Shown here: positions 1 to 10,813 of the stretch, one piece after another
Layout of the letters: the number at the start of each line of letters is the position of its first letter
How positions within the stretch are numbered: position 1 is the first letter of the stretch
Assembly: GCA_965208025.1 (NCBI GenBank)
Contig: OZ242302.1
Coordinates: 1,936,727-2,000,726 of the forward strand
Length of the DNA stretch: 64,000 bases
DNA from: Rhodothermales bacterium
GTDB taxonomy: Bacteria > Bacteroidota > Rhodothermia > Rhodothermales > Bin80
Direction: 5' to 3'
Notes under the pieces: generated by a model
The model's database searches: none
What the model saw: the letters and a program-made list of their open reading frames with translations, nothing else
Told to the model about the DNA's origin: nothing
Program-made: the position numbers and the translations under genes

Positions 1-2
1 TC

Positions 3-1523
3 AGTACGTTGGCAGGAATCACTGGAGGGGGATATGTCACATGGAACTACAACTATACTGCTGGTGAAAAAGAAATACAATTAAGTTACTCAGAGGAAGA
101 AAATGAGAAGGCCTCAGCCGAAATCTTGAAGCGCTTCATATTAGGCGATCTGCAGGACTCACAGATTATCCGGGGCACTGATTTGGTCTTCAGTTACTCT
201 CGACCTGTTCCACAGGAATGGATTGATAAAGGACTACCACCTGATGAACAAATTGATGTAAAAGTTCGGTGTTCACTCTTTACACTTCTGTTGGACGGCC
301 CTCCCGTTCTGCACGAAAATATTATTCGCATCCTCATCAATCACCTGTCTGGCATTGATCCAGCCCTTGCTTACCAGATTTTACTGGCAGAGAATGATAT
401 ACTAGGTGATGATTCGGAGAGGAAGAAAAATTCCCGCCACAGATTAGGAGTTGAACTCCTTAGAAGCGCATACTTTGATCTTCGGCGTGACCTCGTTCAT
501 GCTATTCAACGTTTTAGACAGTATGATACACGTACCTTAACACAATTTTTAGGATGGGTCGGAGAAGATGTTGCCCAAGTTTTGGCGAATCACTCAACTA
601 AACCTAAAGTATGGCCCTTAGGTAATCTATTGGTACCTAAGTCACATTTACTCGCACGCGCCCTATTGACTGAAAAATTTGATGATGGAGCACTAATACA
701 TAATTACATTGACCAGTTGATTAATTCTAATAATGGTCAGGATCATGAAAATGCCATATTTTCAACTCTAACCGAATTCCTGGAAGATAAAGTGTTTATT
801 GCTGAAAACTATGACGATCCATTTGTTGCTGCTTGGGCACTTCGTTTAGTCCTTTTAGTTCTCACGAAAGTTAATCAGAAAATAGAAATAAATATCAATG
901 GGAGCGTAGTTGAGATTTCAGATTGGGTTATTAATCATCTAAGGCTCGTACTCGCTCCGGATATCAACCAGCCCTCAGAAATTCAACAGCGGATGATTGA
1001 TCGCTGCCGTCTTTCGTCATCAACATTATTACTATCCACATTTATTTGTAGTGGGCATAAACATCTTGAAGCCTTCAGCCAAGGTGATGACCCTTATGCA
1101 CTATGGTTGGAGCATGTATGGCTTATGGGAACTAAGCTTCATATCGCATTGATTTGCCAAAGAGGAGGGCTTTCGGATGCAGCAGAAGCATCCGCTCGAG
1201 CTGTGCGAGAACTTGAATTGGATACATCAGGTGCTTCCATTGTTGACGCATTTGATCCGTTTGCATTTGCTCCTAACGGTGATGATATAGGCATAGCGCT
1301 CACTTTGACAGCTATGTTAAAAGTAGTTTGCCAACTGTCTGATAAAGAGAGAGCACCAATCTGGTGGACTAATTCAATTTGTAACCTCGTAGAAGAACTG
1401 GCAGGTGCAGGTAATGACGAAATTTCCGCAAGTGGAGAAGAAATTGACAATCGCTTAGGATTGGCAACTCCTTTGCGGGTGCAGGTAATTGCCCAGCAGT
1501 TGAGAGTTTTCTTTACCACATGA
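3..1523 (+). CDS. hypothetical protein, 5' end lies outside the window (C-terminal >=504 aa)
   Basis: The long ORF is open to the window edge, with no stop between nt 3 and the first listed codon at nt 9. It has helical-repeat-like composition and no catalytic motif I recognise. Confidence 0.5.
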   Translation, partial: STLAGITGGGYVTWNYNYTAGEKEIQLSYSEEENEKASAEILKRFILGDLQDSQIIRGTDLVFSYSRPVPQEWIDKGLPPDEQIDVKVRCSLFTLLLDGPPVLHENIIRILINHLSGIDPALAYQILLAENDILGDDSERKKNSRHRLGVELLRSAYFDLRRDLVHAIQRFRQYDTRTLTQFLGWVGEDVAQVLANHSTKPKVWPLGNLLVPKSHLLARALLTEKFDDGALIHNYIDQLINSNNGQDHENAIFSTLTEFLEDKVFIAENYDDPFVAAWALRLVLLVLTKVNQKIEININGSVVEISDWVINHLRLVLAPDINQPSEIQQRMIDRCRLSSSTLLLSTFICSGHKHLEAFSQGDDPYALWLEHVWLMGTKLHIALICQRGGLSDAAEASARAVRELELDTSGASIVDAFDPFAFAPNGDDIGIALTLTAMLKVVCQLSDKERAPIWWTNSICNLVEELAGAGNDEISASGEEIDNRLGLATPLRVQVIAQQLRVFFTT

Positions 1524-2317
1524 ACTCTGAATACCTGCAAAATCACATTTGGAATTCGGGATGGTAATACTGTCCCTAAATCTCACTCCATGAAATGGGT
1601 TCAGAACAAATCACCACGGATCAAATCCTGACTTCGACAGGTACGGGTTGACTTGTCGGGGTTGCGAATGCCGTTCGTCTTCAGGTTTACCTTTTGGTGT
1701 ACATGCTTATGCACATTGCACGAGACATCCTATCATGCCCACCTCAGGCAGAGGAGTGTGAAACCGCGGAGACTCCACAGATGAAGGAGGCCAAGTCTCG
1801 CATGCACATTCATTCATTTCGAGAATATCTTTTGAATGTTGGTGCAATGTTCACGCGTCATAGTCGCTATGTTACATTCTTGATTGCCTCGTCTGGGGCA
1901 GAAGTGTGGGAGCGTTTTTGTACACACTCTGAGCAAGTGCGCTGGCACACAGAGTCAGACTTATAACTCGGCGCACCTCTTCTAGGTGCTTCCTGGCATA
2001 GATCAAAAATTTCGGAATTCCGCCGCATGGGAGAGGACCGCCCATGCGATACGCACCGGGTCATCATTTGCACAAATCAAGTGGAAAACTAGGTGGGGAG
2101 TGCATCTTTTTTGGCCCCAAATTACCAAATTGACACCCTAGGGCTCTCCCGTCAGATGTAATCCCGTAGAACCCCGTCTCAATCCACCAGTTTTAGCCTA
2201 ACTCAAGTTGAGGTGAATATTAAGGGATGATGAATGGAAAATATTGGACTACGGAGACACTGATGATGCATCAGGTGACTAAACCGTATGCCCAATCCAG
2301 ATATACCACCAAGTCAA

Positions 2318-4801
2318 CTATTCTTCGCCATCCAAAATATCTTCAATTCGTATGCTGATGTCTTCCAAATGCAACCGCGTCATACGGTCAGCGGTTCGTC
2401 TGGCAGCTCGATCAACAGCAGTCTTCAATGATTTGAGCTCCCCTCGCACATATGGTCGGATATCTGACTGGCTCACATCAACTGGTGCCATTCCAAAGCT
2501 GATATAGAAAGATGGAACCGAGGGAGCTTCCTCAGTCATTAAATATTCAAGTCGCTCAACATGTCCTCTCTGCAAATTACGGCGGAATGGGCCAATCGTC
2601 GTGGCTCTGGGTAACTCCGTCCAGATTCCATCACGTAAATCGCTTAATAGATCTGAAAATGTGTAGACGTCTTCCCCCAATGCCAACGCCTCAGTCTCCA
2701 TGAGACGCCCGATACGTATTGGGTTCAATAGTGTATTCACAGCACCCACCTGATAATTGCGGAGGCGATCCATCGCACCAACCCCCTCAATGCGACGGAG
2801 GATTTCATGGTTCAGAATCCATGTTGGAGATGCAAATGCCTCCCTGGAGAGCCAGTCCATAGCATCCCGCTGAATCTCAGTGGGAACTGGCGTATACACG
2901 ACACCTTCCTGATCATACGTTTTGAAGTTTTCGTAATGGCCTCCTACATGTGCGACAACATGACCAATATAGCGATTCCACTGGATCGCAATCTGACTGT
3001 AGAGTTCATTTAGATCTCCATAGTCCTTTGCATCCTCCGCAGTCCAGTTGATCAATTCATCTAGAATCACCTTCAAATTTGCAATGCCATAGTCACTGGC
3101 CTTAATGGCATCGTCACCCAAATCTTCATTCTGTGATCTTGGATCTACACGCGGTCCTTGGCGCCCGTAGAAATAGAGAGGATCGTCTGCACGCTCAATC
3201 ACCCATGCATTCAGGGTTTCGCGCTCTTCATCCGGTGACTGCGCATCTGGAAGGACTGAATACCCCCACTGCACTGACCATTTATCATAGATCCCCACAT
3301 CAGGCATGAAATTCGTTACCCCGTCACCAGGCTGTGCAACATAGTTGAACCGAGCGTAATCCATGATGGATGGAGCGGTGCCGTAGATGTCTGTGAACAT
3401 AGATGACCGAAGAGAATCTACTGGAAAGGCAAAGCTTGACCCCCAATTATGGGGTAATCCGATGGTATGTCCAACTTCATGGGCAGAAACAAACCGGATC
3501 AGCCTCCCCATCACCTCATCTCTGAACTTGACAGATCGGGCATCTGGATTGACCGCCGCGGTCTGTACAAAGAACCAGTTACGAAGTAGGTTCATCACAT
3601 TGTGGTACCACCCAATATCGCTCTCCAATATTTCTCCAGTACGGGGATCATGAACATGTGGACCAAATGCATTCTGAATGTTGGAAGAGAAGTATCGGAT
3701 CACCGAATATCGAATATCTTCGGGGCTAAATTCCGGATCTTCTTCTTCAGTAGGAGGGTCTTTCGCCATGATGGCGTTCTTGAACCCTGCCTCTTCAAAT
3801 GCTTGGTTCCAGTCTTCGACTCCCTGCTTCAAATATGGCCTCCACTTCATTGGTGTGGCTGGATCAATATAGTAGACGATTGGCTTTACTGGCTCAACCA
3901 ATTCCCCACGCGCATACGCTTCAGGATCTTTGGGTTCAAGTCTCCAACGAGTGATGTAACACCGTTCTTCAGCCTTCTGAGCATCCCGACCATAGTCCGT
4001 CATCGTTATATTGAAATATCCTACCCGTTGGTCGCAGAGTCGAGGCTGCATAGGATCCGCAGGAAGCAAAATCATGGACTGATTCATTTCAACTGAAATC
4101 GTTCCGGCAGCAGAGTTTGATGGGGGCTCGGCTGCATCGTAACTCAGAACGTGTCTGACTTCAATATTCAAAGGGTAACTCTTCGCAGATTCAATGTAAG
4201 TCCTGTCCGTGTCAAGACGTCGGACTTTGTATTGTTCTCGTCGGAATGAGGGCAATCCAAGCGAGGGGACATCCGAGGTGAATAAACTGGTCACATCAAT
4301 CACGCTGGCTGTAGAATCCGTGTTCAGCGTCTCGACCGCAAATGAGCGTAAGATGGGCTCGAAGTTTGAGTTGCGCACCGCCGTGTAAATGGGTTGATCT
4401 TCATCCGCAACATTTTCATAAGAAACGATCCGTAACAGAATCTTCTCGGATTGTTTTTGCCAGCGCAGCACCTGTGTACTTGTCTTCATGCCCCCGTACC
4501 CCATGTTATTCATCGTGGCGGACATACGTGAAACCAGCAGCATTTCTACATTCAGGAGCGAGTCAGGAATTTCAAAGTATAGTTTTTCATCAATCTGGTG
4601 CACCTTAAAGAGACCTTCATCTGTCTCTGCATCCTCGGTGATGATATCCGAATATTTTTTTGAATCATCTTCTTTTTCATCTGAAGACTCAGACGGTTCA
4701 TCAGCCACTGGTGATGTAGACTGACGCATGGATGAGCACCCTGAGGCCAAGGTGAATGCAAAGAATACGATGAATAGGTTGCGGAGAAGTTTCATGTTCA
4801 A
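2318..4801 (-). CDS. zinc-dependent metalloprotease lipoprotein (HExxH; resembles the DUF5117/DUF4953-type secreted metalloprotease family)
   Basis: 827-aa ORF. The N-terminal lipoprotein signal ends in ...FTLASGC. An HExxH zinc site sits in SAHEVGHTIGLPHN. Size and layout are typical of Bacteroidota secreted zinc metalloproteases. Confidence 0.8.
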   Translation of the reverse strand: MNMKLLRNLFIVFFAFTLASGCSSMRQSTSPVADEPSESSDEKEDDSKKYSDIITEDAETDEGLFKVHQIDEKLYFEIPDSLLNVEMLLVSRMSATMNNMGYGGMKTSTQVLRWQKQSEKILLRIVSYENVADEDQPIYTAVRNSNFEPILRSFAVETLNTDSTASVIDVTSLFTSDVPSLGLPSFRREQYKVRRLDTDRTYIESAKSYPLNIEVRHVLSYDAAEPPSNSAAGTISVEMNQSMILLPADPMQPRLCDQRVGYFNITMTDYGRDAQKAEERCYITRWRLEPKDPEAYARGELVEPVKPIVYYIDPATPMKWRPYLKQGVEDWNQAFEEAGFKNAIMAKDPPTEEEDPEFSPEDIRYSVIRYFSSNIQNAFGPHVHDPRTGEILESDIGWYHNVMNLLRNWFFVQTAAVNPDARSVKFRDEVMGRLIRFVSAHEVGHTIGLPHNWGSSFAFPVDSLRSSMFTDIYGTAPSIMDYARFNYVAQPGDGVTNFMPDVGIYDKWSVQWGYSVLPDAQSPDEERETLNAWVIERADDPLYFYGRQGPRVDPRSQNEDLGDDAIKASDYGIANLKVILDELINWTAEDAKDYGDLNELYSQIAIQWNRYIGHVVAHVGGHYENFKTYDQEGVVYTPVPTEIQRDAMDWLSREAFASPTWILNHEILRRIEGVGAMDRLRNYQVGAVNTLLNPIRIGRLMETEALALGEDVYTFSDLLSDLRDGIWTELPRATTIGPFRRNLQRGHVERLEYLMTEEAPSVPSFYISFGMAPVDVSQSDIRPYVRGELKSLKTAVDRAARRTADRMTRLHLEDISIRIEDILDGEE

Positions 4802-5024
4802 TTAGTTTGTTTGAATCCCAAGATACGACGAAGGCGAGTTCTAATCCTGATCATAATGATTCGCCCCGATACAAGATTTTTTCGGAAAATCTATACCTGA
4901 AATAAGTGCAGATCACCTTAGTATTCGTAAATTTGTCATCGGGAACTGGAAACTGAAATTTTGCATTTCCTTTTACTCTGTTCCCACGACTGTGTGTATC
5001 TTCCATCCATCTTAATGTTTATAA

Positions 5025-7226
<2,202 letters not shown>

Positions 7227-7527
7227 TCGACATTTATGGCCGACCTCCAAAATGTAATGGATCACCCGCTCCAATGCTTTGAGAAATATTCGCCATAGTT
7301 GTGTTGGGATGGAAAATCTTTAATATGATTTTCTCAGTCCGAAAGAATCTCTCTTTCCTCAAAATCAGATCACTTGGAGTATGAAATGGTACGTCACCAA
7401 ACAAGAATTGGAAATATATATATCTCGTGAAAAGTATCTGGAAACTCCAACTATCCTGACTTTTGGAACTTATTAGGTGGGATCGATGTGTTATACGTTT
7501 ACATGGTGAGTCCCCTTATTTTGGAGA

Positions 7528-7980
7528 ATGACTGCTACGATGCGAACCCACCGACTTCTGTGTGCTGTACTTAGCGTTAGCCTGCTATTCAGTACTTCAG
7601 GTTTTTTGTTGGGGGCAGACTGTTCTTCTGGTGATGACCGTGCCGATTTGCCAGCGGATCATCATTCCCCTGCCTCTACTCATAGACAACATCTTCCCTG
7701 TCCATCCGAACGTGATTCCACACCTGTGGAACCCATGCCTTGTTCTCAACATGCCATCCCGTGCTGTACAATTCAGGCAGTGCCTCCTGTTGAGATGTCC
7801 ACTACACTGTTTGAATCAAACCGAATTTCTTCAGGCGACCTGATCCCGTTGCGGCCCCTTGATCCCTTTCATGAGATTGACGCATGGGCAAAATGGTACA
7901 GGGCTTCCTCTTCCCCACTAGACCCTGTCTGTTGCCTCTTTTCTGATCGGCAAGCTTTTCTGGGTACGTTCCTGATCTGA
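7528..7980 (+). CDS. hypothetical secreted Cys/His/Pro-rich protein upstream of the metal efflux operon
   Basis: 150-aa ORF with a hydrophobic signal-like N-terminus (LLCAVLSVSLLFSTSGFLLG). It has multiple Cys and His residues (HHSPASTHRQHLPCP, PCSQHAIPCC, VCC). It is co-directional with, and 86 nt upstream of, the outer-membrane factor gene. No family recognised. Confidence 0.4.
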   Translation: MTATMRTHRLLCAVLSVSLLFSTSGFLLGADCSSGDDRADLPADHHSPASTHRQHLPCPSERDSTPVEPMPCSQHAIPCCTIQAVPPVEMSTTLFESNRISSGDLIPLRPLDPFHEIDAWAKWYRASSSPLDPVCCLFSDRQAFLGTFLI

Positions 7981-8066
7981 TAGGCCACTGGTGTGCCTGT
8001 TTCACGGGATGCAGATTCGCTGTACTTCCGTGCAGATGCTCAGCTAAACCTATTGTTCAGGAAATC

Positions 8067-9368
8067 ATGAAATTAATCCAATTTGCAGGTGCCAGCCTGC
8101 TACTGCTCTTATTGCCAAACCCAGTATGTGGTCAGGATCCCTCTGATACACCGACCGACACATTGCTGCATCTTGAAGATCTTATGGCAGAGGTGCGGAC
8201 TCATAATCCTTTGCTACAAGCATCCTCCCTTGAAGCACTTGCCCTCTCTAAACGAACGGCTCAGGTATCCGCACTTCCAGATCCATCCGTAAGAATCACC
8301 TACTTGCCAGCCCCTATTCTTACTGCCCGCGGTACGCAACGCAGTCAGTGGAGTATAGAACAAGAGATTCCCTATCCTGGCAAATTGGGGCTGCGGGGAT
8401 CCATCGCAGATCTGACAGCCGAAATTAAGAGCTTTGCAACCGCAACCCTGGAAAGAGATCTTCTCCACCAGGTCAAGATCTCCTACTATGAACTCTATCG
8501 CATCCAACAGCAGGAGTTGCGTATTCTTGCCTTCACGGATCGACTCCGAAACTTTGAAGAAGCCGCTGCTACGCAATATGAAGTGGGTGCCGGGGTTCAG
8601 CAGGCAATTCTGAAAACGCAATTAGAGAGAAACTCTCTGTCGGGCAGACAACTTGAACTATCCATAGAGCGACGTACCGCCACTGAGACTTTGACCCGTT
8701 TACTCAATCGTCCATTATCCGCCGAATCAAATGTCACGGTAAGCGTCAAGACTCCATCCTATATCAAATTGGATGAAATTGGACTCCTTGAAGTAGCTCT
8801 CCGTGAACGACCAGAGGTTCATGCCTTGCAGACGACCGAAAAACGTGCGGACAGGGAAATTGCATTGGCGCGCAAACAATTCAAACCTGACTTTCGGTTC
8901 AGCATAACTTATTTTGATATCGGCCAGCAAGACATGCCCCCAACGGCCTCTGGTCGCGATGCTTTCGGAATCAATGCAACCATACGTATCCCTCTTCAGC
9001 GCAGCCGACTGCGGGCTAAATTAGAAGAAGCCCGCATACATCGGAACCATGTCCTCGCACATCAGGAAGCCCTGGTGAGCTCCCTCTCAACTCAGGTCGC
9101 AGATCTGATCCATCATTTACAAGAGGAAGCACGGCAGTTGGAACTCTATGAGGAAGCGCTAATCCCTCAGGCTGAAATCGCACTCCAAGCTACACTCAAC
9201 TCTTACACGACGGGAGACACCGATTACCTTGACCTGCTTGATTCGGAGCGGACACTTTTTTTCCTCGGCATGAGTTACGACAACACGATTGGCCGTTACT
9301 TCCAAGCGACGGCCACACTTGAACGGGCGCTCGGTGTGGACTCTCTCACCGATCTGATTGCTCACTAA
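8067..9368 (+). CDS. TolC-family outer membrane efflux protein (outer membrane factor of the heavy-metal RND system)
   Basis: 433-aa ORF with a signal peptide and a two-repeat TolC/OEP-like coiled-coil/beta pattern. It is the first gene of an OMF-MFP-RND triplet. Confidence 0.85.
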   Translation: MKLIQFAGASLLLLLLPNPVCGQDPSDTPTDTLLHLEDLMAEVRTHNPLLQASSLEALALSKRTAQVSALPDPSVRITYLPAPILTARGTQRSQWSIEQEIPYPGKLGLRGSIADLTAEIKSFATATLERDLLHQVKISYYELYRIQQQELRILAFTDRLRNFEEAAATQYEVGAGVQQAILKTQLERNSLSGRQLELSIERRTATETLTRLLNRPLSAESNVTVSVKTPSYIKLDEIGLLEVALRERPEVHALQTTEKRADREIALARKQFKPDFRFSITYFDIGQQDMPPTASGRDAFGINATIRIPLQRSRLRAKLEEARIHRNHVLAHQEALVSSLSTQVADLIHHLQEEARQLELYEEALIPQAEIALQATLNSYTTGDTDYLDLLDSERTLFFLGMSYDNTIGRYFQATATLERALGVDSLTDLIAH

Positions 9369-9401
9369 TGTCTATTTCAGCATCGTACGACATCAACTGA
9401 C

Positions 9402-10754
9402 ATGAACTTGCAACAACACTTCAAACGGGCAGGACTTGGACTGATTCTCGTCCTGATTCTTATCTGTGGCTTTTTCCTCGGACGCATTTCAATTGAGCAG
9501 ACAGTAACGGAACCTGGAAATTCAGATCTACCTGACCAGAGAGAGGTCCTCTATTGGCAGGCTCCCATGGATCCAACGGAGATCTATGACCGTCCAGGTA
9601 AGTCAAAGATGGGAATGGATCTTGTCCCCGTCTATCAAGGAGGGGATTCAATTGAGGATGATCGCACCGTATCCATTGACCCGGCGGTGGTGCAAAATAT
9701 GGGGGTCCGAACTGGAAATGTTCAACGTATGGACTTTACGCGTACGATCCGCACGGTCGGGGAGGTTCAATATGATGAAGAGAGACTCTATCTGGTCAAT
9801 ACAAAAATTTCTGGTTGGATTGAGAACCTTTATGTCCATTTCGTGGGAGACCAAGTTGAGGAGGGAGACCCGATCCTTGAAATCTACTCACCAGAACTGG
9901 TCACGACACAACAGGAATATGTACTGGCGCTGAAAAATTTCCAGTTGGTATCCGAAAGCACTGTGCCCTCCGTTAGAGAAGATGCCGAGAAGCTGTTGGC
10001 CTCCGCACGGACGCGTCTTGAGAATTGGGACATTCCAGCATCAGAGATTGAACGGCTGGCAAAAACAGGTGAGATAAAGAAAACGATCCTCCTCGCAGCT
10101 CCAGCAACTGGAATCGTTGTGGAAAGAAATATCATTGAGGGTGCACATGTTGAGATCGGGGAAGATTTATTTCGGATCGCCGATTTACGAACGGTATGGG
10201 TGCATGCCAGCTTCTATGACGATGAAGTCCCGTGGATCAGCCATGGGCAGCAGGTCAAAATGGAATTGTCGTATCTGCCAGGCAAGACCTATACGGGCAA
10301 TGTATCCTATGTCTACCCTTACCTGAGGGAGAGGGCGCGTGATGTCCATGTTCGCTTGATCTTTTCCAATCCGGATCTAGATCTAAAACCAGGTATGTAT
10401 GCGAATGTGCAACTCCAAGGCAGGATCATTCCTGACGCGATTGTCGTCCCATCTGAGGCTGTCATTCGATCTGGTGCACGCGCAATTGTATTTATTGTCC
10501 ACGGTGATGGGCAATTTGAGCCCCGAGAAGTCTCGCTCGGCGAAGAAGGCGGGCCAAACAACAACTATATCCGAATCCTCGCAGGTCTACGAGGAAGTGA
10601 GGAAATTGTGACTTCCGCACAGTTCATGTTAGACAGCGAGAGCCGCCTGCAAGATGCGATTCGCAAGATGCTTCAAGGAGATCATATTCACGAAGAGGCT
10701 GGGGGAGGCCAACGTTCCGAATTGAACGAACCCGTAGAGCATCAACATCACTAA
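9402..10754 (+). CDS. cusB: efflux RND periplasmic adaptor (membrane fusion protein), CusB/CzcB-like
   Basis: 450-aa ORF with an N-terminal TM anchor and an HlyD_D23/barrel-sandwich-like core. The C-terminal tail is His-rich (HIHEE...VEHQHH). It lies between the OMF and RND pump genes. Confidence 0.85.
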   Translation: MNLQQHFKRAGLGLILVLILICGFFLGRISIEQTVTEPGNSDLPDQREVLYWQAPMDPTEIYDRPGKSKMGMDLVPVYQGGDSIEDDRTVSIDPAVVQNMGVRTGNVQRMDFTRTIRTVGEVQYDEERLYLVNTKISGWIENLYVHFVGDQVEEGDPILEIYSPELVTTQQEYVLALKNFQLVSESTVPSVREDAEKLLASARTRLENWDIPASEIERLAKTGEIKKTILLAAPATGIVVERNIIEGAHVEIGEDLFRIADLRTVWVHASFYDDEVPWISHGQQVKMELSYLPGKTYTGNVSYVYPYLRERARDVHVRLIFSNPDLDLKPGMYANVQLQGRIIPDAIVVPSEAVIRSGARAIVFIVHGDGQFEPREVSLGEEGGPNNNYIRILAGLRGSEEIVTSAQFMLDSESRLQDAIRKMLQGDHIHEEAGGGQRSELNEPVEHQHH

Positions 10755-10813
10755 ACGATCATGAGCATATCTCGCTTCACCTGAATGGAGATTCTTGGTC
10801 AGTCAGTCAAGTA

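Noticed and set aside
1590-1640. A tRNA-like T-loop string (acggatcaaatcctgac).
   Set aside because: I could not build an acceptor stem, an anticodon arm or a cloverleaf around it, and the GTTCGAATC consensus is not met.
7562-7843. An alternative-frame 93-aa ORF overlapping 7528-7980.
   Set aside because: It is nested within the longer ORF, which has a better signal-peptide-like start. Only one of the two can be real, and even the longer one has modest confidence.
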